A DNA stretch of 64,000 bases, from assembly GCA_038841535.1 (NCBI GenBank), contig JAWBTQ010000005.1, positions 1 through 64,000 of the forward strand. The letters are read 5' to 3'. The translations under genes and the position numbers were made by a program. The notes under the pieces are model-generated. The model worked only from the letters and a program-made list of their open reading frames with translations. It was not told where the DNA came from and ran no database searches. Shown piece after piece: positions 11,446 through 21,101 of this stretch. Each line of letters opens with the position of its first letter. Position 1 is the first letter of the stretch. Source of the stretch: Sulfolobales archaeon. Lineage in GTDB: Archaea; Thermoproteota; Thermoprotei_A; Sulfolobales; NBVN01.

Positions 11446-11649
11446 TTTCGATCAATATCGGCAGACATGAGCAGATACGAAAACCGAAACAGTTACGCAG
11501 GGCTTCATCACGTGCTTACTCTTAAGTCTAACCACCCTAACCCCAAGACCTCAATGACCGCAGTTACCTATCGCTCAATACTAGCGGTGAGAGCAATGAA
11601 CTGTAAACGCTTCGGAGACTTCTAAAGCAGGTTATAGGTATTTAGTGGG

Positions 11650-12297
11650 GTGGTTGCGGCGAGGCACGTTAGAATTCGCGAGGTCGTGCTAAGGAACTTC
11701 CCGGGAGGTTTGGTGGTTTGGGTACCGATGGCCCTGCTCGAAGCGGGAGAGCGGGACGAGAGGGGTGCTATATACATCTACTGCTCCCTGTACACGTTTT
11801 TCAAGAACTCCGACTATGTGAGAGTCCTATCGTCATTTAGAGAGATCTTCCCGGGCTTCGAGGATAGAGAGCCTGTGCGCGCAATCACGTTACCTATCGA
11901 GAAGTGTTCTCGCGAGGAGTTCACTCGCTCTCTAGATAGGCTACTCACCGACATCCGATTACCGGGAGAACCTGACCTCGGGTCACTATCGTCTTTACGT
12001 CTCGCTCTCTCCCATCTGCTCTCACCAGCTAGATGGGTTCTGGGGAATACTAGGAGGGTAGAGACTGGTATCGCTACTCAAATAGCTTTGCGGATCGTCG
12101 AGGATGTAGCGTCAGAGCTGTCTAAAGCACTGAGTACTGGGCGGTGGGAAATGGGATACGTGCTCCACGTATTAGACCTGAAGACAGATTCCGTGTACTA
12201 CGTAGTCGGGAGTAGAGTAGTGAAGAACTACGTCTTAAGTAAAGCTCTCAGAGAAGACCAAGCTGCTAGAGAAGCCATCGGGAGTCTTAGTGCTTGA
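11650..12297 (+). CDS. Hypothetical protein
   Basis: 215-aa ORF; no recognised motif. Confidence 0.6.
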   Translation: MVAARHVRIREVVLRNFPGGLVVWVPMALLEAGERDERGAIYIYCSLYTFFKNSDYVRVLSSFREIFPGFEDREPVRAITLPIEKCSREEFTRSLDRLLTDIRLPGEPDLGSLSSLRLALSHLLSPARWVLGNTRRVETGIATQIALRIVEDVASELSKALSTGRWEMGYVLHVLDLKTDSVYYVVGSRVVKNYVLSKALREDQAAREAIGSLSA

Positions 12298-13279
12298 TGT
12301 ACAGCCAGCACGCTACTCGGCGCCTGTGGGACACCTCCTCTAGGGGAGGTTCCCTGGTTCTGCAGACGTCCATGGCGTGGGGGCATCTAGGGTGGAATCT
12401 GCAGCCGGTTGGTGGGTTTATCGGTGATGGAGGCTCTCCGTGGGGCTTCACTCTCTGCTTAGCTCTAACGGTCTTAGGGTCTGGAACAGGTACGGACGAT
12501 ATCAGCATCAGTGAGTACGGGTGGAGAGGGTTAGTGAATACCGAGTCTGAGTCCCCCAGCTCGACTAACTTACCTAGGTACATGACAGCCATTCTGTCAC
12601 TCATGTACTTTACTACAGCTATGTCGTGCGATATGAACATGTACGTGAGGTTGTAGAGCTTCTGCAGGCTCTTAAGTAACTCGAGTATCTGCGCCTGGAC
12701 AGAGACATCTAGAGAAGATGTCGGCTCGTCTAGTACCACTAGCTTGGGTTTGAGCAGTATGGCCCTCAGTATAGCTACTCTCTGCTTCTGACCTCCGGAT
12801 AGCTCGTGCGGATACCTATATAGGTGCTCCGAGCTAAGTCCAACCTTCTCTAACTCCTTAACTAAATAGCTCTCAGCATCCCCCACATCAAAACCGTGCT
12901 CTCTTAGAGGCTCTAGGAGAGTCTCAGCTATCGTTAGCCTGGGATTTAGCGATGTGTGCGGGTCTTGGAAGACCATCTGGGCGTTTCTCCTAAACTCCTT
13001 CAGCTGACCGCCCCTGAGCTTGACTATGTCTTTACCCTCGAAGAAGATCTTGCCGGACGTAGGTTCGTAGAGTCTGAGAACAGTCTTACCGAGCGTGGTC
13101 TTACCGCAACCGCTCTCACCGACTACGCCTAGAGTCTCGCCAGGCATTATCTCCAGGCTAACACCATCTACTGCTCTAACCTTCTTCGTGAATGACCCTC
13201 TAACACTGAAGTACTTCCTCAAGTCAACTACTCTAACTAGGGGGTCCAATAACGTCACCTCTTCTCCAAAAGCCAGCAC
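12287..13279 (-). CDS. oppF: Oligopeptide/dipeptide ABC transporter ATPase
   Basis: GESGCGKT, LSGGQKQR, DEPT, C-terminal GCRFHPRC. Confidence 0.92.
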   Translation of the reverse strand: MLAFGEEVTLLDPLVRVVDLRKYFSVRGSFTKKVRAVDGVSLEIMPGETLGVVGESGCGKTTLGKTVLRLYEPTSGKIFFEGKDIVKLRGGQLKEFRRNAQMVFQDPHTSLNPRLTIAETLLEPLREHGFDVGDAESYLVKELEKVGLSSEHLYRYPHELSGGQKQRVAILRAILLKPKLVVLDEPTSSLDVSVQAQILELLKSLQKLYNLTYMFISHDIAVVKYMSDRMAVMYLGKLVELGDSDSVFTNPLHPYSLMLISSVPVPDPKTVRAKQRVKPHGEPPSPINPPTGCRFHPRCPHAMDVCRTREPPLEEVSHRRRVACWLYIKH

Positions 13280-14265
13280 GCTGCTCTATGTCCTCTACTC
13301 ACCTCCACGAGCGGGGGCTCTTCTCGAGCGCACTTCTCCATGGCGTAAGGGCACCTCGGCTCGAACCTACAGCCTGGACCGGGGTTGACGAGTGATGGCA
13401 CAGTTCCGGGTATAGTCTCGAGTTTCTCTATTTTCCTAACTGGATTAGGAACTGCCCTCAGGAGGAGGGACGTGTAGGGATGTGATGGACTGTAGAATAT
13501 TTCCTCAGTTGCCCCCTCCTCGACTATTTTTCCCGCATACATAACGTAAATTCTGTCAGACATCTCTGCTACTATGCCTAGGTTGTGAGTAATGAGTACC
13601 AGACTCATTAAGTACTTAGACCGCAGCTCCCTGAGTAAGTCTAGGATCTGTGCCTGCACGGTTACATCTAGGTTAGTCGTCGGTTCGTCAGCTATCAATA
13701 GCTTGGGGTTGTTCGACAGACCGATAGAGATAACGGCCCTCTGCCTCATACCCCCAGACAGCTCGTGCGGGTAGTTCTTAACTCGGAGCTCGGGACTAGG
13801 TATGAGCGTTTCAGCAAGTAGCTTCACTGCGTGCTTCAGTATCTCCTTAGCCGGAGCCCTTCTATGAGCCTTCACAGTTTCTACTATATGCCCCCCGATC
13901 GTGTAGAGCGGGTCGAGAGCCGAGGTAGGATCTTGGAAGACGTATGCTATCTCATCGCCCCTGATCCTCCTCAAGTCCTCGTCGGGCATCTTGAGTAAGT
14001 CAATTATCTCTCCAGACTTAGTTCTGTAGAGAGCTCTTCCCCCGGTCACCCTACCCGGAGGGTCTACTAGCCTCGTTATAGCTCTAGTAGTGACGGTTTT
14101 CCCACAACCGGTCTCACCGACTAGCGAGATCACTTCACCCTCGAAGACCTCGAACGAGACTCCCGATACAGCGTGTACTACTCCCGCGTAAGTGAAGAAC
14201 TTAACCTCTAGGTCTACAACCTTCAGTACGTGCTTACTCGTCATAAGCCCTTCGAGCTCCACCAC
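13255..14265 (-). CDS. oppD: Oligopeptide/dipeptide ABC transporter ATPase
   Basis: GETGCGKT, LSGGMRQR, ADEPTT, GCRFEPRC. Confidence 0.92.
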   Translation of the reverse strand: MVELEGLMTSKHVLKVVDLEVKFFTYAGVVHAVSGVSFEVFEGEVISLVGETGCGKTVTTRAITRLVDPPGRVTGGRALYRTKSGEIIDLLKMPDEDLRRIRGDEIAYVFQDPTSALDPLYTIGGHIVETVKAHRRAPAKEILKHAVKLLAETLIPSPELRVKNYPHELSGGMRQRAVISIGLSNNPKLLIADEPTTNLDVTVQAQILDLLRELRSKYLMSLVLITHNLGIVAEMSDRIYVMYAGKIVEEGATEEIFYSPSHPYTSLLLRAVPNPVRKIEKLETIPGTVPSLVNPGPGCRFEPRCPYAMEKCAREEPPLVEVSRGHRAACWLLEKR

Positions 14266-14267
14266 CT

Positions 14268-15368
14268 CTATTCACCCTCACCCCTGAACTCTATAGCTCT
14301 CCTCGTCCTTGGGTCGAGTATGTCGCGGAGAGCGTCACCCAGTAGGTTCCACCCTAGTGCTATAAAGAGGAGCAGTGTACCGAAGTAGAGCACTACGTGC
14401 CAACTCCTCTCCGGGAAGTAGGTGGCTGCTTTAGATATCATAAAGCCTAGCTCCGGTACTGGCTCCTGGGGCCCTAAACCGAGGAACGATAGAGCAGCAG
14501 CAAAGAGTGTCGCAGTTGCTAAGTCGAATGTCATCATCACTAAGACAGGTGAGAGTACGTTGGGTAATATGTGCTTAATCAGTATCTTGTGCTCGGGAAT
14601 CCCAACTAGCTTAGCTGCTTCAATAAACGGCAACTCCTTAACGCTGAGGACGCTCCCCCTTACTATGCGAGCGTAGCCGGGCCACCAGACTATAACCATA
14701 GCAAACCATACAGAGATAAGTGCTGCCAGCTGTCCGTACTCCTGGGGTCTTAGGCCGAAGAGAAACGAGAGAGAGTCTCGGAGAGCCGGAAAAGCCTCTA
14801 AAAACTCTCTTATTCTCCTCGGCAACACCGAGGCGAACGCTATAGCGAGTATCAACCCTGGGAAAGCTATGAATATATCTGTAAGCCTCATTATTACCTC
14901 GTCCACGAGCCCTCCCCTATACCCGGAGAGGAGCCCGAGGAATATGCCGAGAGGTGCTCCCAGCAGTACCACTAGTAGTGAAATTACTAAAGATATCCTA
15001 AACCCGTAGAGAGACATAGCCACTATATCCCTACCCCACTCGTCAGTCCCGAAGAGCGGGGCTTCCGAGCAACTCGGTTGGATACATGGTGGGTGTAGCC
15101 ACAAGCGCGGATCAGTTACTGACTTGTAAACCCAGTAGGGTTCCCAGGAGATAGCTGGTCCAATTATGGCTATAACTATGACTGCGGCTACAATAAGCCC
15201 TCCAAGAACCCCGATTCTAGACTTACTGAATGCGTATGCCATTAGTTTCCACTCGCGCAACCTAGAAGAGTTCTTGGAGCTCCACCCAGGGTTTATCCTA
15301 TCTCTAAGTAGAGCGTATCCGTCTATGATCTTTGACAGTAGCCTGTAGATTGCGCGCACCCTCACCAC
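14268..15368 (-). CDS. oppC: Oligopeptide/dipeptide ABC permease
   Basis: FGTDEWGRD, FIEAAK EAA loop, LSFLGLG, GDALRDILDPR. Confidence 0.92.
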   Translation of the reverse strand: MVRVRAIYRLLSKIIDGYALLRDRINPGWSSKNSSRLREWKLMAYAFSKSRIGVLGGLIVAAVIVIAIIGPAISWEPYWVYKSVTDPRLWLHPPCIQPSCSEAPLFGTDEWGRDIVAMSLYGFRISLVISLLVVLLGAPLGIFLGLLSGYRGGLVDEVIMRLTDIFIAFPGLILAIAFASVLPRRIREFLEAFPALRDSLSFLFGLRPQEYGQLAALISVWFAMVIVWWPGYARIVRGSVLSVKELPFIEAAKLVGIPEHKILIKHILPNVLSPVLVMMTFDLATATLFAAALSFLGLGPQEPVPELGFMISKAATYFPERSWHVVLYFGTLLLFIALGWNLLGDALRDILDPRTRRAIEFRGEGE

Positions 15369-15369
15369 C

Positions 15370-16428
15370 TCAGTACCTAATCCTCGGGTCTATGACAGCG
15401 TAGAGTATGTCGACTACTAAGTTCACGGTTACGTATATTATTGCGAAGAGGAATGTAGAAGCTATGATTATCGGGAAGTTAGCCCTAGTTATAGCCTCGT
15501 ACATAAGCCTACCCATACCCGGGATGTTGAAGACTCTTTCGGCTATAACAGCACCGGAGAGCAGTCCCCCGAAGTTTATGCCTAACACCGTGACCACCGG
15601 TATGAGGGCGTTCTTGAAGGCGTGCCCCCATATCCTCAGCTTGCTGAGGCCGCGAGCTTTTGCGTAGAGAATGTACTCTGAGCTGAGAGCGTCTAATAGG
15701 CTGTTTCTGACTATTCTAGCGATAAACCCTCCGTTTAGAAGCCCTAGCGCGAGACCCGGTAGATAGAGTCTTCTGAAGGTTTCACCCACTACTTCAAGTT
15801 CCCCGCACATCAGAGCCCCGAACATGGGTACGGATCCAATAGCACTAAGGAAGTCCCCGATGTAGGGATAGGACTGTGGGAGGGAGGCGATCGCGCTTTT
15901 GCAGCTAGTAGAGGGCATAGGTATTCCAGCTAGCTGAGTCGTAGAAGCGTAAACAAACAGTATCAAGATGAGGTAGTAGTAGAGGACGAAAGCGGGGAGA
16001 GAGCTACCGACTAGAGCGAATATCCTGACGAAGAAGTCTACTGCGGTATCCTTCTTAATAGCCGCCAGTATGCCGAGCGGGATACCGATCGCCACTAAGA
16101 AGGTAAACCCTACTATAGCCACTTCGACAGTTATTGGAAACCTCTCGAATATCTCGTCGAAAACGTTTCTATTCCTTATGGGGTCCTCTAGGTTTCCGCT
16201 GAGGAGCTGAGAAACAAAGAAAGCGAATTGCTCATACCACGGAGCGTTGAACTTGTACTTCTCTCGGACTCTCTCCAGGGCCTCTGGGTTCAGCAGTTTC
16301 TCACCTACCCACGCTCTCGTAGGGTCCCCAGGTATGGAGTAGGCTATTATGTATGTTACGAAGAGAACCCCTACTATCGTAGGTATGAACGTGGCTATCC
16401 TTCTCGCTACGAACCTCGCTAAACCCAC
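15370..16428 (-). CDS. oppB: Oligopeptide/dipeptide ABC permease
   Basis: PGDP, EYILYAKARG, HAFKNALIP, DILYAVIDPRIRY. Confidence 0.92.
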   Translation of the reverse strand: MGLARFVARRIATFIPTIVGVLFVTYIIAYSIPGDPTRAWVGEKLLNPEALERVREKYKFNAPWYEQFAFFVSQLLSGNLEDPIRNRNVFDEIFERFPITVEVAIVGFTFLVAIGIPLGILAAIKKDTAVDFFVRIFALVGSSLPAFVLYYYLILILFVYASTTQLAGIPMPSTSCKSAIASLPQSYPYIGDFLSAIGSVPMFGALMCGELEVVGETFRRLYLPGLALGLLNGGFIARIVRNSLLDALSSEYILYAKARGLSKLRIWGHAFKNALIPVVTVLGINFGGLLSGAVIAERVFNIPGMGRLMYEAITRANFPIIIASTFLFAIIYVTVNLVVDILYAVIDPRIRY

Positions 16429-16490
16429 CTAAGCCCCCTAAACCACAAAAACTAGAGCTAAAAAGCTAAACTATACTTAAGCACAGAGTC

Positions 16491-18707
16491 TCAGGGTTTA
16501 TATCCGTACAGTGTTTGCCAAATAGTGGCGTTCCAGTAGTACTTGTTGAGCTTCAGCAGTATGTAGCTTCCCTCCCTGTAGTCGGCTACGTAGTAGGGTC
16601 CCGTGGACACGGGGCGGTCCTTCAGTAGCCTGTAGGTAGGGTCTTCCTCACCGGGGATTACGTACTTAGCCCACGCACTAGGGTCTTTACCGTTTCTGGA
16701 GTCTGCTAAAGCCGCTGAGTACTTATCACCAAGGGCGTACTCCATTGGAATGACGCTGGCTATAGCTGTTGTGAATATGTGGAGTATGGGTGGGTACGGG
16801 AAGTATAGCTTGAATTTCACGACACCAGCCGTTGGACCCTGGTAACCGAAGAACTTGAGTAACTCACTTAGAGACTTTACTTCAGATTCCTTACCTCTAT
16901 AGACAGCTACTAACCCCTCAGCTAGCGCTTTCTCAAACTCGGTTTCAGTAAGTACTTGAGAAGCATCCATGTCTATGAAGTCTGAGAACATCCAGGCAGC
17001 GCTACCAGGTAGGTTCAGTCTAACAACTCTCCAAGCGCTAAACAGCACATCAGTAGCATCGATCGGGTATGTCTTGTCGCTCCACGGGTCATAAGCCACG
17101 ACATTCCCTCTAATAACGAAGTAAAGCTCTGTTGCGTCTTTACTGAAGGCCCAAGCTACAGCTAGCTCCGGCTCTGGCTCCACCTCTTCGTATCTATATG
17201 TAACAGGCTTGCTGTAGATCTGCCAGAACACCTCCCAGCCGAAAGACTCGTAGGACTTCGCGGGGTCAAAAGTGTCTGGCCAACCTATTGTCGCTATCAC
17301 CATAGTTTGTGGATCATTCTTTATACCTAAGACACCAGTATCCTTAACCGGGGCATCGTGCGTCTCCCAAACGAGGTCGTACCTAGCGAAAGCTGAGAGT
17401 GGGTAGTACATATTCTGAACCCAAGACCCGTAGTTTCTCCCTGTAACTGCCTGACCGAGCAATATCATGGCGGCCTCATTGTTAAACACTATTACCGCAG
17501 CATTTATTATAGCCTCTCTGACCTCCGGGTCGAGAACCATCCTCGACAGCTTGACTAGAGCGCTAACCGGGACATCCTTCCAGCCGGCAGCCCCTATCGT
17601 AACGAAGGCTATGGGCTCTTCCCAGTTTTTAGCAGTCTTATCTTCGTCTAGTACGTAGCTAACCACTATTAGGGGCTTTCCTGTAGGACCAGTATACGTC
17701 GCACCAGTACCAGCGGGTCCCACGACCACTATGAATTTCTCCGTCACTACCGCCCTCTCGACTTTAGAGATGTACTTACCTACGTCTGTAGTTGGTACGT
17801 TCTTATAGTACTTTAAGTCCTTGAACTCTGCTCCTCCCCAGACGAACGGCATTAGGTAGTTGTCTGGGTCTAGGTAGTCGGGAATCCAGCCCAGGATAGC
17901 TACGTCGTAGTTGAAGTGGTCTACTCTATCTAGGTACTCAGGCCAGCTGTAGGTCTCTACAAATACTTTGAATCCGAGTCTAGTCCAGTAGTTCTGGAGT
18001 AGTGCCGCTATCTGGGCTCTAGCTGTGTTACCTAAGTTATAGATAACCGTTATAGTGTACTTCGACGGGTCAAACCCTTTCTCTTCTTTAAGCTTGTTTA
18101 ATATCTCCCTAGCTTTAGCTTCGTTGAGTTCGTACTTAATGATCTCGTACTCAGTATATCCAGGTAGGCCTTTGGGTACGATCGTGTAGAGACTCGTGTA
18201 AAGTCCTCCAAATATCTGATCTAAAATCGTTCCGTATGGTACAGCATATGCAAGTGCTTGCCTAACCTCAGGGATGTTAAAGGGCTCCCTCATGGTATTT
18301 AGCATGATGTACTGTATAGTGAGCCTAGGCTTCTCCTTATCTATCAGAAGGAGTAGCTTATGTCCGTCTACAGGAGTGAGGTTTACGTCCTTCCACCTAG
18401 CCGGGGTTACCACAGCTATGTCAGCAACACCGGCCTTGTAGAGGCTTATCCTCGTCATCTCGTCATCAGCGATAATGTACAGTACTTGAGTGTGTAGAGC
18501 GGGCTTAGGTGGTGTAACGGGAGTAGTAGGTGTTGGCGTTGTCGGAGTCGGGGTGGTAGGTGTTGGTGTCGGAGATGGAGTGGGAGTAGGTGTGGGAGCG
18601 GGAGGTACAGTCGTAATGTAAACTGCTACAGCCGCAATAACAGCTATAACGACGATGGCCGCAATAACAATAGCCATTGTTTTAGATATAGCCCTACGGA
18701 AATTCAC
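16491..18707 (-). CDS. oppA: Family 5 solute-binding protein (OppA/DppA-like), circularly permuted, with N-terminal TM anchor and PT linker
   Basis: VRQALAYA, GWIPDYLDPD, IATIGWPDTFDPA, PELAVAW, PVSTGPY motifs; first gene of the opp operon. Confidence 0.88.
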   Translation of the reverse strand: MNFRRAISKTMAIVIAAIVVIAVIAAVAVYITTVPPAPTPTPTPSPTPTPTTPTPTTPTPTTPVTPPKPALHTQVLYIIADDEMTRISLYKAGVADIAVVTPARWKDVNLTPVDGHKLLLLIDKEKPRLTIQYIMLNTMREPFNIPEVRQALAYAVPYGTILDQIFGGLYTSLYTIVPKGLPGYTEYEIIKYELNEAKAREILNKLKEEKGFDPSKYTITVIYNLGNTARAQIAALLQNYWTRLGFKVFVETYSWPEYLDRVDHFNYDVAILGWIPDYLDPDNYLMPFVWGGAEFKDLKYYKNVPTTDVGKYISKVERAVVTEKFIVVVGPAGTGATYTGPTGKPLIVVSYVLDEDKTAKNWEEPIAFVTIGAAGWKDVPVSALVKLSRMVLDPEVREAIINAAVIVFNNEAAMILLGQAVTGRNYGSWVQNMYYPLSAFARYDLVWETHDAPVKDTGVLGIKNDPQTMVIATIGWPDTFDPAKSYESFGWEVFWQIYSKPVTYRYEEVEPEPELAVAWAFSKDATELYFVIRGNVVAYDPWSDKTYPIDATDVLFSAWRVVRLNLPGSAAWMFSDFIDMDASQVLTETEFEKALAEGLVAVYRGKESEVKSLSELLKFFGYQGPTAGVVKFKLYFPYPPILHIFTTAIASVIPMEYALGDKYSAALADSRNGKDPSAWAKYVIPGEEDPTYRLLKDRPVSTGPYYVADYREGSYILLKLNKYYWNATIWQTLYGYKP
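18505..18612 (-). repeat. Pro/Thr-rich low-complexity linker (PTPT/PTT repeats) within oppA
   Basis: TTVPPAPTPTPTPSPTPTPTTPTPTTPTPTTPVTPPK. Confidence 0.85.
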
Positions 18708-18986
18708 CTAATTCACCCTCCAAGTCTATAAGGTAGCCGATTTTTAAAGCTTACAACCTGCTTGCTTCATTGTGTGAGCCCTTCCTTCGCGTATCAAAGT
18801 TTTTCTTGATTTCTATATTGCGCGCTATGTGGTAATGACTTAAGTAGAATCGTAGTGGTTGCCCGCGTCGCTTATTTGGGTTTGTTTAGGTGGTTTTGGA
18901 ACCTGTAGTACCGTCTATGTCCCGCTGGAGTCTCATTTGTGTTTTTATTAGAGTTCTTTGTGCTGGTGCTGGCGGTGTGAGAAGCA

Positions 18987-20216
18987 ATGGTGGGACTAGT
19001 TCGAGTGGCCTACAGAAACCTTATTAAGAGAAAGCTGAGGTTCGCTCTAACGGTTGCCGGGATAGTGGTCGGTGTAGCTTTGATATTCTCACTGCTTTCC
19101 ATTACTGCTACAGCTGAGCAGGTAGCGCGTCAGCAGTTCACTAGGTTAATAGGTTACGATATAGCAGTCATTAACGGTACTCTAAGGCAGGGAAGGCTGC
19201 AGACACAAAGGCAAACGACTCTGATTGGGTTGGGAGCTCAGTCGTTAATGACTGAGGACGTCGTAGGAGCAATGTCGAGCATTCCGGAAGTCTACGCAGT
19301 AGCTCCAGTTTTAACTGTGCGTGGCACAGTTAGTGGTATAGCTACCACAGTCCAGGGAGTTGTGTTTCAATCATATACTGATTTAGTGGGGAACATCAAC
19401 GTCGTTGAAGGAGAGGGATTCTCGTGCTATGACTGTCGAGAAGTCGTTATAGGAAAGGGGCTAGCACTAGAACTAAACGCTAGCGTTGGAAGCAAGCTCA
19501 CGCTATCTATTGGCAACACTAGTGTGGAAGTAGTAGTTACAGGAGTCTTCGAGACGGGTATTAGGTTTCAGGAGATGGTTGTTTACGCCCCACTAAGGTT
19601 TGTTCAGGAAGCCTCCGGCCTCGAGGGCTACATTACTCAAGTACTAGTAAAGTGTCAGGACCCCAAGAGTGCTCAAGCTGTTGCTAACGCTATTACGTCC
19701 ATGTTTCCTGAGCTTACGGTAGTGACTATGGCGGCGTCTCTTCAGAGAGTGGAGGAGGCTATAAACATTATGACGATGTTCTTTCTCTCTATAGGTTTAG
19801 TGGCTTTAACAGCTGGTGGCTTCGGGGTTATGAACACTATGTTCATGGCAGTAGCTGAGAGGACTAGGGAGATAGGAATCTTAAAGTCTATTGGAGCTAC
19901 TGATAGCTACATCTTCGCGCTATTCCTGTTCGAATCTGCTCTAATAGGCTTAGTCGGTAGCGTTACGGGGTTATTCGTTGGAGTGTTCTTCACGCGTGTA
20001 GTACCTACTCTAATATCGCTTACTGGGGGAGTAAGCGCTTTTGGACCTAGACTAACTCAGAATCCTGGTGGCTTAAGGTTAGTAGAGGTAGCTATTACAC
20101 CAGAAGTAGTATTGACCTCAATAACTATCGGTGTCTTAGTTGCTGTCGTAGCGGGACTACTGCCTTCGTATAGAGCAGCCAGAATGAAGCCGGCAGAGGC
20201 TGTGAGGTATGTCTAG
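18987..20216 (+). CDS. MacB/LolE-like ABC permease
   Basis: RKLRFALT...GI, VMNTMFMAVAERTREIGILKSIGA, PSYRAARMKPAEAVRY. Confidence 0.9.
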   Translation: MVGLVRVAYRNLIKRKLRFALTVAGIVVGVALIFSLLSITATAEQVARQQFTRLIGYDIAVINGTLRQGRLQTQRQTTLIGLGAQSLMTEDVVGAMSSIPEVYAVAPVLTVRGTVSGIATTVQGVVFQSYTDLVGNINVVEGEGFSCYDCREVVIGKGLALELNASVGSKLTLSIGNTSVEVVVTGVFETGIRFQEMVVYAPLRFVQEASGLEGYITQVLVKCQDPKSAQAVANAITSMFPELTVVTMAASLQRVEEAINIMTMFFLSIGLVALTAGGFGVMNTMFMAVAERTREIGILKSIGATDSYIFALFLFESALIGLVGSVTGLFVGVFFTRVVPTLISLTGGVSAFGPRLTQNPGGLRLVEVAITPEVVLTSITIGVLVAVVAGLLPSYRAARMKPAEAVRYV

Positions 20217-20937
20217 TGCGGCTATAGTTCTACTTAAAGACGTCCACAAGACTTATAAGTACGGTAAAAGCTATGTGAGGGCTCTGAGAGGAGTCTCACT
20301 AGAGGTTAGTAGAGGCAGTACAGTATGCATCGTAGGTCCCTCCGGCTCCGGAAAGACTACTCTACTCAACATTATTGGGGGGATAGACCTTCCCGACTCC
20401 GGGATAGTGGTAGTCGATGGCGTCGAAGTAGGTAAGCTGAGGGGTAGAGACCTAGCCCAGTATAGGCTGAGGAAAGTTGGGTACGTATTTCAGTTCTACA
20501 ACCTCATACCGACACTTACTGTGTGGGAAAACGTAGAGCTTCCACTATCTCTAGCAGGTGTAGATAGGAGAGCTAGAGAAGAGAGAGTGAGAGAGCTGAT
20601 GGACGCTGTCGGTATTTCTCACTTAGCGAATAGAACCCCGGATACTTTAAGTGGTGGTGAGCAGCAGCGAGTAGCTATAGCTAGAGCTCTAGCCAATGGA
20701 CCGGCAGTAGTACTGATGGACGAGCCATCTGCGAACATCGATGTAGATAACACTCTGAAGATAATGGAGTTAGTAGAGCGATTAAATAAAGACATGAAGC
20801 AGACGTTTATAATAGCAACTCACGACCCACTAGTAGCTCGATATTGCGCAACGATTTACAAAATACGCGACGGATACATCATCAGTAGATACGAAGGACG
20901 TGATGCGGTATCTAAAGCTCTTATGGGCGAGCTCTAG
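20209..20937 (+). CDS. MacB/LolD-like ABC ATPase
   Basis: GPSGSGKT, VFQFYNL, LSGGEQQR, MDEP, ATHD. Confidence 0.92.
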   Translation: MSSAAIVLLKDVHKTYKYGKSYVRALRGVSLEVSRGSTVCIVGPSGSGKTTLLNIIGGIDLPDSGIVVVDGVEVGKLRGRDLAQYRLRKVGYVFQFYNLIPTLTVWENVELPLSLAGVDRRAREERVRELMDAVGISHLANRTPDTLSGGEQQRVAIARALANGPAVVLMDEPSANIDVDNTLKIMELVERLNKDMKQTFIIATHDPLVARYCATIYKIRDGYIISRYEGRDAVSKALMGEL

Positions 20938-21101
20938 CCTTAGCTTTTTAGCACCTACGTATAGGTCGAAACACGGAACTTGAGGAGCAGTATCGCAGAG
21001 CTCTATCCGCAGGATCTTCTGCTTGGTTTAGTGCATATTGCGGTTACCTGCTCTTCGCAAACAATTTTAGTGTTAAACAGCGAGAGCTAGTGACGTAGTG
21101 G

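Noticed and set aside
11214-11525. 103-aa plus-strand ORF
   Set aside because: Antisense to the structured tnpB-like remnant; unnatural composition.
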